Shown here piece by piece: positions 1 to 13,500 of a stretch of 31,040 nucleotides of DNA (positions are counted from its first letter, which is position 1; each line of letters begins with the position of its first letter). Source of the DNA: a virus (taxonomy: Duplodnaviria; Caudoviricetes). The stretch is taken from IMG/VR virus record IMGVR_UViG_3300027774_000007, positions 1 through 31,040 of that record. The stretch is one strand, 5' to 3'. The notes beneath the pieces were generated by a model. That model ran no database searches. It saw nothing but the letters and a program-made list of their open reading frames with translations, and was not told the DNA's origin. The position numbers and the translations under genes were made by a program.

Positions 1-1
1 A

Positions 2-1576
2 CTACAACCAGGCCTAGTGTGTGTTGGTAGGTCAAATGACTCAGATGTAGTGTTTTCTATCTCTGAAGAGATAACTGCAAGCACAACAGTTACAAGTGGT
101 ATTGCAACTGCATCTTTTGGATCTGCGCTTAATCCTATTGATGTTTTAGAGGGAACATTTTTAACATCACAATTCATTGTTGACGGGTCTCTGGAGCAAC
201 GATTTGTATTGGATAACGCAAACATCGATACTTCATCTATTGTTGCTTATGTGGGCACTCCGGGGGTATTAGGTAAGCAGTATAAGATGATTGATAACAT
301 AGTTGGAATTAGTTCAATATCAGATACATATCTAATTCAAGAGGTTCAGGACGAAAGATATGAACTCTTGTTTGGTGATGGAGTATTTGGTCGAAAACCC
401 GAAAATGGTGCAGTGATTACTGTTCAATATATTGTTACATCTGGTTCAGAGGGTAATGGGCCAAGTAACTTTAACTTTGCTGGTAATTTCTTAGGTGATA
501 ATGGTCAAGTAATCACTCCATCAGCGATTCCAACAATCAACACGATTACTGCAGCAGCTAATGGGGGTGATATTGAGAGTGTTGACTCGATTAAGTATTT
601 TGCACCAAGATTGTATTCATCACAATACAGGGCAGTTACAGCAAGAGATTATGAATCAATAGTACAACAAGTATATCCAAATACTGAAAGTGTATCAGTT
701 GTTGGAGGTGAAGAAGTTGATCCACCACAGTTTGGGACTGTTTTAATAACAATAAAACCAAAGAATGGAGAGTTTGTATCTGATTTTGATAAAACTCAAA
801 TTTTAACAAAGTTAAAAAGTTATTCATTAACGGGTATAAATCAAAAAATAGTTGACTTGCAGGTTCTTTATGTTGAGATTGAATCTTTCATATACTATGA
901 CACTACTAAGATAAGTGCAGTAAATGATCTTAAAACAAAAATTACATCAGCACTTACCACTTACTCAAAATCTGGTGATGTGAATAAATTTGGTGGTAGA
1001 TTTAAGTATAGTAAAGTTTTGAATGTTGTTGACAATATTGATAAAGCAATTACTTCAAATATTACTAGAGTTAGAATTCGTAGAAATTTAAATGCCCTTG
1101 TGAACCAGTTTGCACAATATGAATTGTGTTTTGGTAATCAATTTAATGTTAAACCAGAAGGATTAAATATAAAGAGCACTGGATTTAAAATACAAGGAAC
1201 AATTGAAACTGTCTTTTTCACTGATATCCCTAATGCAGATAAATTAACAGGAACTGTTTCGATTGTTAGAAAAAATGCAAGTGGTGAAACGATCGTTGTT
1301 GTTAAATCAGCTGGAGTGGTTGATTATGTTCATGGTGAAATTAATTTATCAACTATCAATATTATATCTACGGATAAACCGAACAATATTGTTGAGGTTC
1401 AAGCATTCCCTGAGTCAAATGATGTTATTGGATTGCAGGATTTATACTTAGATTTTAACATTCCAAGTAGTCAAATAAATATGGTTAAAGACACTATTAC
1501 ATCAGGAGAACAAATATCTGGTGTTGGTTATAAGGTCACATCAAGTTACTCTAACGGAGAACTATCAAGAACATGA
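2..1576 (+). CDS. gp6: Baseplate wedge subunit, T4 gp6-like (5'-truncated)
   Basis: The frame is open from base 2 (LQPGLVCVG...), so GTG at 17 is probably not the true start. gp6/baseplate-J motifs are present: YELLFGDGVFGRKP, GGDIESVDSIKYFAP, QYRAVTARDYE, FGGRFKYSK. It lies directly upstream of the gp7- and gp8-like genes. Confidence 0.93.
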   Translation, partial: LQPGLVCVGRSNDSDVVFSISEEITASTTVTSGIATASFGSALNPIDVLEGTFLTSQFIVDGSLEQRFVLDNANIDTSSIVAYVGTPGVLGKQYKMIDNIVGISSISDTYLIQEVQDERYELLFGDGVFGRKPENGAVITVQYIVTSGSEGNGPSNFNFAGNFLGDNGQVITPSAIPTINTITAAANGGDIESVDSIKYFAPRLYSSQYRAVTARDYESIVQQVYPNTESVSVVGGEEVDPPQFGTVLITIKPKNGEFVSDFDKTQILTKLKSYSLTGINQKIVDLQVLYVEIESFIYYDTTKISAVNDLKTKITSALTTYSKSGDVNKFGGRFKYSKVLNVVDNIDKAITSNITRVRIRRNLNALVNQFAQYELCFGNQFNVKPEGLNIKSTGFKIQGTIETVFFTDIPNADKLTGTVSIVRKNASGETIVVVKSAGVVDYVHGEINLSTINIISTDKPNNIVEVQAFPESNDVIGLQDLYLDFNIPSSQINMVKDTITSGEQISGVGYKVTSSYSNGELSRT

Positions 1577-4500
1577 TTGGAACTGGAATAGACAAACGTA
1601 TACAAGTTCAACAAATAATAGAGCATCAACTTCCTGAATTTATCAGGACAGAGAGTCCTTTAGCGGTTGATTTTCTTAAGCAATACTATATTTCACAAGA
1701 GCATCGTGGTGGTGTTATAGATTTAACTGATAATCTAGATCAATATATTAAACTCGATAATTTGACTCCTGAAGTGATAGTAGGAGTAACTACACTTACA
1801 TCAGGAATAAGCGTATCTGATACTACGATTAATGTATCATCAACTAAAGGATTTCCTAATGAATATGGTTTATTCAAAATTGATGATGAAATTATTACAT
1901 ATACTGGAATAACAACTAATTCATTTACCGGATGTGTTAGAGGATTTTGTGGTATCACTTCATATTCAGATCCAGTTAATAAGGGTGAACTCGTATTTTC
2001 TACAAGTATCGCAGATACTCACAATACAACATCAAATGTTGAAAATTTAAGTGTATTATTTCTTAAAGAATTCTATCAAAAAGTTAAATCTTATATAACT
2101 CCCGGATTAGAGGATACAAAGTTAAGTGAGAAAGTAGATATAAGTAATTTCATAAAAGAATCCAAATCATTATACAAATCTAAAGGAACTGAAGAGTCAT
2201 TCAGGATTTTATTTAATGTTTTATACGGAATTACTCCGAAAATTGTTGATTTAGAAAACCGTTTAATAAAACCATCATCTGCTGAATACATTCGTAGAGA
2301 AGTTGTTGTTGCTGAAAGAATAACTGGTGATCCAAATAAACTAATAGGACAAACTATTACAAAGTCCACAGATTTAAGTACTTCAGGATCAGTATCTGAA
2401 GTTGAAATTTTTAGTAGATCTGGAAATTTAGGTATCACGACATATTATAAATTAAATTTATTTGTAGGATATGATGAAAGATCTGCAATACAAGGAACAT
2501 TTACAATTCCCGGAAAAACAAGAATAATTGAAGATGCACCTATAAATTCAAATGTTTTAACTGTAGATTCCACAGTTGGGTTTGGTACCACTGGAACCGT
2601 GGTGACAAATGGTGTTAATGGTATTAATACAATTACATATGGTGATAAATCTATTAATCAGTTTTTACTATGCACTGGAATTGGTAACTCTATCAGATCT
2701 ACTGATGATTTAAGAAGTGATGAATTTATATTTGGTTATGAAAATGGTGATTTAACAAAAAGAGTTGAATTAAGAATAACTGGTGTATTATCTGATTTTG
2801 AACTTTTACCCACTAGTGGATCAAGTGTAACCCTTGAAGGAGAAAAGATAACAGTTAAAAACTTAGGTGAGGAAATTCCAAATCCAACATTACCAAGTGA
2901 TAAATCAAGAAAGACTGTATTTTTTAATTCATGGATTTATAATACAGCAAGTCGAATAAAACTTGATATCCCTGCTACCACTCCTTTGCAAGGAACGACA
3001 TCAGATTTTGATCATAAATCAAAAATTGATAAATCTCAATTAAAAACAGGTGATAAAGTTTCTGTTTTTAGAAGAGGTGAATTCATACCTATAAAAACAG
3101 ATGTAGATGTCACTGTTGGTACAAATGATATTGGTTTAGGAGTATCATTTACAAATGATGGGATAACTGAGTATGATATTCAAAGACAACTTAAAAAGGC
3201 AGTAGCAGCGTCAGATATTGATTTAGAATTTGGAAATAATATAATCACAACTGACGTTCAAAACACTTATAATGATGAGGATGAAAACTATTATGTGGCA
3301 TCATCATCAATGCCTTCATATACGATTGAAAAGAAAGTTATAAAGGAAACTCTTGGTAGTATCACTGGTATAGGGACATCTGCGGTTTATTCATCATCGG
3401 GTATTCCACAAGCAGATTTTTTTGGTACTGGATCAGGAAATTTCCAATTATTAGATAGAAATCTTACAACTGGATTGTATTCAAAATTACAATTTAATTC
3501 TGCGGTTGATTTTATAACTGGTGATGCAGTTGTATATTTGCCCAGTGAAGAACCTTTAGTTGGATTATCAACGAATACCATATATTTTGTAGAAAGATTA
3601 AATTCAAATACCACATCTAATAATATTCTGAGACTTTATCCATCAAGATCATTCATTACTGTAACTAATATTGATGCATCAAACCCACCATATATTGAAT
3701 TTGATAATTCAAATCAGACATCATCTACAGCAGAGCATAAATTTGTTTTACTTAGACATAGAAATGAACAAATAGGTGTACAGAAAGTTTTAAGAAAATT
3801 TCCTGCAGACGTAAATATTAAATCAGGCGAATCTGTCAAAACAGAACCGGGTACAACTGGTATTCTTAAGAATGGTGTTGAAATAGCAAATTATAAATCT
3901 TTAGACAAGATATATTTTGGCCCATTATCTGATTTTAAAATTTTAAATCAAGGTAAGAATTTTGATGTAATTAATATACCTACAGTTAGTATTCCCTCAC
4001 CCGGAACTGGAACCACCGCACTTGTTCAACCAGTTGTTAGTGGATCAATAAAAGAAGTATTAGTTGATCAACAACATTTTGATGTAGAAAAAGTAATGTC
4101 AGTTACCATAACAGGTGGTAATGGGTCTGGAGCAGTATTAAAACCTGTCGTTACTAAAAGACAAAGAGAAATTGAATTTGATGGTAGATTGAAGAGTGTA
4201 CAGGGTGGAGTTGATCAAATAAACGATATTATTGAATTTAAGAGACCTCATAATCTAGAAAATGGTGAACCACTTGTCTATAGCAATAATGGAAATTTAT
4301 CTATTGGTATAGGAACTTTTCTGGGTGCAAATACTTCACAAAATAAAACATTAGTAAATGGTGCGACTTACTATCCACAGGTCGTTGGTATAAGTTCAGT
4401 TCACTTATATGAAAAATTTAGTGATTATGTTGCTGGTATTAACACAGTTGGATTTACTGTAGAAAATACTGCTGGTACACATAAGTTCACCTTCTTAAAT

Positions 4501-7500
4501 TTAAAAAATCATCTTAAAGCGGTTAAAGTTATTGATACTGGTTCAAATTATACAAACAGAAGATTAATCATTAAACCTGTCGGTATTCATACTGTTGATA
4601 ATTCAATCAACTTTAAGAATCATGGATTTAATACAGGAGATCTAGTTCAGTATGCACCATCAAGTGGTAATGCAAGTCATGCACCTGTAGGACTTGGAAT
4701 TACTACACGTTATCGTGTTTTGAAATTAGATAATGATAAATTTAGACTTGTTGATGTTGGTATAGGTGCAACAGATCCAAATTCAAACTTCTTAAGAAAA
4801 AATTTCCAAAGAATTTCTCAGGTATTTACTTCAAGTAATCATGAATTTTTCTATGAACCAATTGTAGTAAGAGTAGATGCAATTTATTCACCTGTATCTG
4901 CTGGTCGTACAGAGGGATTAGTTATAACACCTAAAATAAGAGGACAGTTGATAGATGGGTATTTACATGAACCCGGATCTAATTATGGATCTGAAATATT
5001 AAATTTTGAAAAGAAACCAAATATTAAAATTTTAAATGGTAAAGAGGCAGAATTAAGAGCGATAATTTTTGATGGAAAAATTATAGGATGTGATGTTATG
5101 TTTGGTGGTAAGGAATATACATCTGCACCAGACTTAGATTTAGTTGGTATCGGAACCGGAATAGGTGGAAAATTGAGAGCGGTTGTAACTGATGGTAAAA
5201 TTACTGATGTTAAGGTTATCAATCCGGGTATCGGATATACAGTATCTCCAGATATTAAGGTAACACCTAATGGATCAGGATTTATAGTTGATTCTGCTGT
5301 GCGAAATTTGACTGTAAATAATCTTGTTCGATTTGGTGATGAGATATTATTAAGAGAAGCAGAAACAAATCTACAGTATTCAGTGGTTGGTTACTCAAAT
5401 AAAATACAAACTGCCTTCTCCGATCTAGCAACAACACCTCAACTACACTCACCAATTATTGGATGGGCATATGATGGTAATCCAATATATGGCCCCTATG
5501 GATATTCAGAAGCAGATAATAATAACTCAATATCTAGAATTATAACATCTGGATATGATTTAGACATTACAGAAGTAATTAATAGACCACCAACCAGTAG
5601 TTTTAGTGCTGGATTCTTTATTGAAGATTATAAATTTACAAATTCTGGAGATTTAGATCAAAGTAACGGTAGATATTGTAAAACACCAGATTTTCCAAAT
5701 GGAACTTACGCATATTTTGCAGGAATTAATACAACTACAACTCAACCAGAGTTTCCATATTTCATAGGTGACACATTTAGATCAGATCCTATTGATGATA
5801 ATTTTTCATTAACGCAGTCAATTTTTGATTTTAATAATTCAAATTTAACTCGTAATTCACTTCCATACAAATTAGATGATGATAATGCTGATTACAATTT
5901 TGTAATAGAATCTTATGAAATAAATCAACAGACATCAATAATAGAATCAGTTACAAGTGGAAACATTAATGATTTTCAGATCGTCTCTGCCGGAAGTGAT
6001 TTTAAAGTAGAAGACTCTTTAAATTTTGATAATTCAAATACTGAAGGTGGTGGTGCAGCAGCAAAAGTATCAAGTGTGCAGGGTAAAGAGGTTGATAATG
6101 TCACTGTGGGTATAACAACATACAATGATGTTGTTCTTGTACGTGGAGGAAATGGAACAGTTTCTGGATTTATTTCTACAACGCATACTTTAAATACAAG
6201 TGATACAGTTGTAATATCTGGTTTAACCACTAGTATTCCCAAACTCACAGGATCTCATAAAATAGGTGTAAGTTCCGAGAGCACTGTTTTATATAAAGAT
6301 GTTCCAGCAAATGCCACAGCAGGTATAATAACTGATATCTATTTGGCAAGAATACCAAATTCAGTATCAGTTGGAAGTAGTATTGGAATTGGAACAGAAA
6401 AATTACTAGTATTAAATGTTTTTGAAGAAAGAAGTATTTTACGAGTAAAAAGAGGTATCGTAGGATCTGCTAACACTGCATCTCATGTTCTAGGATCATT
6501 AGTTCAAACTATACCACAAATAATTGATATTGAATCAACAAATATAGGAGAATTTGTATCTAAAAAGAATGATATTGTATATTTTAATCCTGCAGAGGCA
6601 GTTGGTGTCGCTGTTACATCAGGCAGAACTGTATCTATTGGAAAATCTTATACGATTGGTGAATTGGCACAAGTAATTTCAATTCCTGCAAAAGGTATAT
6701 TCTTACCAAATCACCCGTTCAAAGATAATCAGGAAGTAATTCTTAGAAAACCATCCGGTGCAGCTACACAATTTACAATTGGTCTTGGTGATCGATTCCA
6801 AGTTGGTGCTGATTTTAATTTACCGTCCTCTGGAAATAGTCAAACTGTTTACATAAGAAAATTCTCTGATGATGTTGTAGGACTTGCTTTAACCGTCAAT
6901 ACAACTCCAGTATTTTTCAAAACTGGTAATTTTAACAATTTTGAATATTCAATCGAATCTAATTATCCTCAAGTTAAGGGTAAAGTGGAGAGAATTACTG
7001 TTAATGTTGGTATTGCAACTGTATCAGTGGGTTCTACATTACATGGACTTAAAAATAATGATAATATTGAACTCGAAGTACTATCAACACAAACAAAGGG
7101 TGTTGGTGCGGGTGCGACTTCTGTTGTAGTTAAATATAGTGCTCAAAATGATAAACTTTTAATAAATCCAACGATATTTACAAATTCATCAGTCAACACA
7201 AATTCAATTAATATTGCTAATCATGGATTCAAAACAGGTCAAAAATTATTCTATGATGGATCTCCAGCGACAGGTTTAACATCACAAAGAACTTATTTTG
7301 TTTACAAAACTGATGATAGTAACTTCCAGTTAGCAGAAACACGATATGATGTAATTAATGAACCTCCTAAAGTTGTAAACATTACTGCAAATAGTGGTGG
7401 AACACAAGAATTATCACTTGTCAATCCACCTTTAGAAATTGTAAGAAATGATAATTTATTATTTTATGTCTCTGATCCATCTTTGAGTGGATATAATTTA

Positions 7501-10500
7501 AATTTCTATTTCGATAAACAATTTAAAAATAGATTTGTATCTGCAGGATCAACAATTGATTTTGGAGTAACCGGTGTTGGAACTGTAGGTGTTGGTACAA
7601 CTTCAACAGTCACCTTAAGATTTGATAAAACAAACCCAGAAAAAATATTTTATACACTTGAAAAAACAGGATTTATTAGCACATCTGATCCAGATGTAAA
7701 AGACGCATCATGTATCTCTTATATTGACAGTGAATATAGTGGAAACTATGTTGCATTTGGTGTAACAACAGGTGGATTTAACATATCCCTTAATGATGTT
7801 CCTGAACAAGGATCATATACAGCTGGTGCTGCAGCGACAATTACATATGACACCTCATCTTTAACTGCTACAGGTGGTATAAGTAAAATTAATTTAACAT
7901 CAGGTGGGTTTGGATATAAAAATGTTCCCGGAGTTAGAAATGTTACATCTGTAAATGGAACGGGTGAAAATATTTTATGTTTATCCCAAAATATTAACAA
8001 TATTAATACTGTCAGAATCACTGATCCCGGATTTGATTACCATTCAGATAAAACTTTGAGACCGGAAGCTAGACTTTCTCCAACTGTTACATTAATAAAT
8101 TCAGATTCAATAACAAATATAACAATATCTGATGGAGGATCAAATTATACTGATGCTCCTGATCTTGTGATTGTTGATCCAGATACAGGAAAATTAACTG
8201 CAGATCAAGGTGTAATTCAATTAAAATTATCCGCAAGTTCTTTAGGAGATGTAAATATTTTAGAATCACCAAGAGGACTTACATCTAAACCTCAAATTTT
8301 AAGAACAATCAATAATACCAATGGATACAGAGTTACTGAAGTTGAGAGTAGTAACAGTGGTATTGTTACATGTGTGCTTAAAACACCTATTAATGGATTT
8401 GCGACTCCACAATTTACTGCTGGAGAACAGATTTTTGTTGAAAATATAGGTATTGGGACAATTGGTGATGGGTTAAACTCAGCTGATAATGGATTTGTGT
8501 TCTTTGATGTGGTTGAGTATAATAATACTGATCCAGCGATTGTTAAATTTGAATTACCTAAGACTGCCACTAATCCCGGAATAGCTGCATCTACCCAAAA
8601 TTTTGCAACAATAATTAAATTTAATGATTATCCTAAATTCACAGTTACTCAAAGAACTTCAGAATTTAGAACTGGAGAAAAATTAGCAGTCAAAGTTAAT
8701 AATGTTTTCATTAGTACTGGTTTAATAGTTATTGATAATCGTCCTGACGAATTTATAAAAATAGAGGGAAGATATGAAGTTATTGTTGGTGATGTAATTC
8801 GTGGAGAAAATTCTGGAACTATCGCGACTATAAACTCAATTGTCAATAATAAGGGAAGATTCACCATTGATTACTCATTAAGGCAAGATAAAGGATGGAA
8901 TGATGAGATTGGTAGATTGAGTGAAGATTTCATGGTTCTAGCAGATAATGACTATCATCAAAACTTATCATACACAATTCAAAGTCCTAAAACCTTTGAT
9001 GAGATAATCGATCCAGTAAATAGATTACTTCATACAAGTGGACTTAAAAACTTCGCTGATACTGGTATATCATCAAGAGCAAGTGTTGGAATTGCAATAA
9101 CAAATGCAACTGTGGTTTCAGCAGATGTTATCACAGAGCAAAGAGTAGATGCTATTAATAATTTTGATCTTGGTAGAGATATTGACACGATTTCAAATGG
9201 ATCAAAATCTAAATTTATTCAACTTGTAAATACAAAATTAGCAAATTTCGTTAGATGTAACACTAATAGAGTTTTAAAAATAGATGATATTAGTAATGAA
9301 TTTTCTGATAGTGAAGCAAATTTAACTGGAAATGTATCTATTCCTATTCAAGAGACTTTTGCTAGATTTTTAATACAATCTAGAAACATTAGTAATGGTG
9401 AAATTCAAGTAGATGATGTTGTAATATTTAATGATAATACAGATACGTTTACATTTGAAAAAAATAGTATAGTATCAACTGCATCAACCATAGTTGAAGT
9501 TCAGGGAAAAACGGTTAATGGAAGTAGAAATTTAGTTATTTCACCACTTGATCCAAACAATGATGATATTGATATTAAAGTTTATAAAAATAGTTTTAAT
9601 GAACAAAATCTTAGAAGTGGAACTCAGTCAATTGGATTTGTCAATTTAGTAGGTTTATCAACAGTTGTTAGTGTTGGAACTACAGCAGAACCAATCGCAG
9701 TTGGATCTACTACATCTGTAGACGCTTTCTATGCCACAATAGAAGTGGTCAATACAGATTCAGGTGAGAAGAATCATGTTGACATATATGCTACTCATGA
9801 TGGCACAGATTCATTCTACAGTGAATATTATGCCGATACATCATCTAATAATAATTTCTCATCAAATTTCATTGGAACATTTAGATCAAGAATTCATAAT
9901 AACGTATTAAGTCTTGATTTTGATAATTCTGTTGGAGTAGCATCTACTGTTAGAATTAATGCAAAAGTTATTGGATTTAATACTACAGGTGGAAACGATG
10001 TCTTCAGATTTAAAGATAATGCTCAACCTGCAGGTGCAGAAAGAACAATTAACCTAAGATCTGGAATCACCACAAGAACAAACACTGCAAACTTTATTTC
10101 ATTAGATAAAAACAATTTCAGTGCTGTTAAGAGTGTTGTTAGAATTAAATCTGCAACAGCAAGTGCAGTGCATCAAGTTTTAGCAATACATGATGGAACA
10201 GATACTCATACAATTCATTATCCATTCATTTCAATTGGAAGCACATCCGGAATAGGTACATTCTCATCTAATTTAACAGCATCTAATTTTGTTGTTAAAT
10301 TCCATCCAGATTCAGGAACCGGAAGTCATACAGTTCAACATTTTAGTGAAGAGATTTACAGAGACATTGACATACTTAATACTCCACCAACATTAGGTTA
10401 TGGTCGTGTGAACGAATCTTTAACTGCGTTCCAATATAATGCTGTTAACGGTATTAGATCAAACAAAAAACAATTCACACTAAAGCATAATACAATTCCA

Positions 10501-13500
10501 ATTTATGAAAAAGGTTTTGATCCAGAAGACACTTCAAAACTGAATAGATCTACAGGAGTATTCACTATTCCTAATCATTTCTTCTCAGAAAATGAAGAAT
10601 TAATTTACACTCCATTATCAACATTTGCTGGAGTTGGTGCAACTGCGTTACAAATGTCTGGTGGATCGGATTTACCTACAACTGTATTTGTCAAAAAAAT
10701 AGACAATAGTTCATTTAAATTGGCAACATCAAGTGGTGGATCTGCAGTAACATTTACATCTGTTGGTGCTGGTAATTCGCATCGATTAACGATGGCCAAA
10801 CGCACCGAGAAGAGTGTTCTTGTCATTGATGGTATCATTCAATCACCGATGTCATTTACTCCTGTTACAACTACTTTAGTAAACAATGCAGGTAGTGGTA
10901 TATCAACTACAACAACTGATTTTTGTGTTAACTCCACTGCAGATATAAACCTTGGAGATCATCTCAAGTTCTCTGATGAGTTTATGCTTGTAACCTCTGT
11001 TGGTATAGCAACAACTACAACAGGGCCTGTATCTGGTATTGGTACATTTAATATTATTGGTGTTGACAGGGGAGCACTCGGAACACTTGCTGCTTCTCAT
11101 AATAATTCTTCTGTTGGTAGAGTATTCTCTGGATCGTTTAACATAATTGGATCTGATGTATTCTTTACAAATGCACCTAGAGGAACGAATAATATTGCAA
11201 GAAATTTATCCAACCTTGAGACACCACGATCAGTTTTCCAAGGTAGAACATATCTAAGAAAAACCTATACTAATAATCGAATATTTGATGATATATCGAC
11301 AGAATTTACTGGTGTTGGTGCTACATTTAGAATGAAAGTTGGTGGTGCCAATACGACTGGTATAAGCACTGGTAGTTCATTAGTTTTGATAAATGGTATT
11401 TTCCAAAAACCAACAACTGAAAATAATTTAAGTAATAATTATGTTTTTGTTGGAGTTGGAACTACAGCACAAGATATTGAATTTACAGGTATCTCATCTT
11501 TTGGTACTAATAATCAAATTATCAGTGAAGCAGATGTAAATCAAAACAGACTTCCAAGAGGTGGTAAAGTTGTTTCATTAGGATCAACTGGTGGTCTAGG
11601 AGTTGCTCCATTAGTCGGTGCTGCTGTCACTGGTGTATTAAATCAATTTGGTGTTATTACATCAGTGGGTATAGGATCAACAGTATATAATCAGTCCGTA
11701 TCTCCCTCAAGACCTCCCGAAACATTAACATTTGGTTCTGGATATCGACCAGTTGGTGGCACAGTTGCAATTGGTATTACCGATTTAGCATACGAACATA
11801 GGTTTGTGAGTGCTGGTGTTGGATCAATAAGGACAAATGCATCAGGAAGTAATATTTTTGCTGCAACACAAAGGACTGCTACAGATGCAACTTATATCTC
11901 ACATACAGGTCTACTAACATTAACCATAGGTAGTGGTCACGGATTGAGTGTTGGTAACTTTGTTGGTATTGATACAGGAAGTCTTGTATTCACATGTTCA
12001 AGAGATGATTTTGCGTCAAATCATGCATATCCTCGTGCACTCTCTAAAACCACAGGATTACCTGATCCAATTGCTGGTATTGCAACTATTATCACTGCGG
12101 TTACAACAAATACTATTACTGCTTTTATTGGATTTGGTGGAGGAGCAGGTACCGGTGCTTCAGCAACTGGAAATATTGGTATAGGTGGAACATTAGATAT
12201 TAATATTGGTGCAGGTGGTACAAATTACGTTAACCCAAGATTCCAATTCCCACAACCAAATTATGAAAATATGGAAATAATGGGTGTGTCAAGAGATGGT
12301 ATCGCATCCACTGTAACTGGATCAAATCTATTAGTTACATTAAATGTAGGTGCGAGTTCTACTGTAGGCATAGGATCTACATTATTTGAAATAACATCCT
12401 TTGAAATTGCTAGGGATGGATATGCATTTAAACGTGGAGATAAAATCAAACCAGTTGGATTAGTTACCGCAAGAGGAGCAAATCTTGAGGATTATATTTT
12501 AGAAGTAACAGAGATTTATAATGATAAATTTACTTCATGGGATTTTGGTGAATTTGATTTTATAGATCCGATTGTTAATTTACAAGATGGTGAAAGGACA
12601 AGATTCCCACTAAGAGTAAATGGTGAACTATTAAGTTTCGATGTCGGACAAACTGTTGATTCTCAACAGATTGATATGAACGCATTGTTAATAATATATG
12701 TTAATAATGTCTTACAAAATCCCGGTGAAGCATATTCATTCGGTGGTGGAACTACATTTGAATTTACTACAGCACCTGAACAAAATGATGATATAGCAAT
12801 ATTCTTCTACAAGGGAACCGCTTCAGAGGATATTGAGGAAGTAAATGTAGTCGAAACTATTAAAAATGGTGATGTTGTAAGATTACAAGCAAATGATGAT
12901 ACAAGTATTCTTACAAATCAAAATACTAGAAGATTAATCGATTTAGAACAGAGAAAAAGAACAGTATCTGGTATCACTACCACTGATACTCTTGAAACTG
13001 AAATCTATACTGGTGTTGGAATTAATGACTCTGCTACGAATAAACCACTTACATGGATTAAACAAAAAGAGGATAAGGTTGTAAATGGAATAGTCGTTTC
13101 AAAAGCAAGAGATTCCATTGAACCATTAATATATCCAACAGCAAGAATCATAGGTGACATTGGCGCAGGAACAACAAACAAAATATATGTCGATGATGCT
13201 AACTTCTTCCAGTATGAGGCAAATGAGGACTCTGCAGTTAATGACATAAACTTTGATGGTTTAATTGTAAATGACACAAATCCAATATCTGCATCATTTA
13301 CAGCCACTGTATCAACTGCTGGAACTATTTCAGCAATAGCAGTTGTTGATGGAGGAAGTGGATACGTGGGTAATTCAACTTCTGTTCATATTTCACAACC
13401 ACCAGTTCCAATGAAAGTATCTCCTGTAGCAACTGGAATTGGATCTACTGCTATTGCAACAGCAAATATTACAAACGGAACGATTACATCAGTCACAATA

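Noticed and set aside
17-19. GTG start for gp6
   Set aside because: The frame is open to the window edge and the gp6 N-terminal region is missing, so the gene starts upstream.
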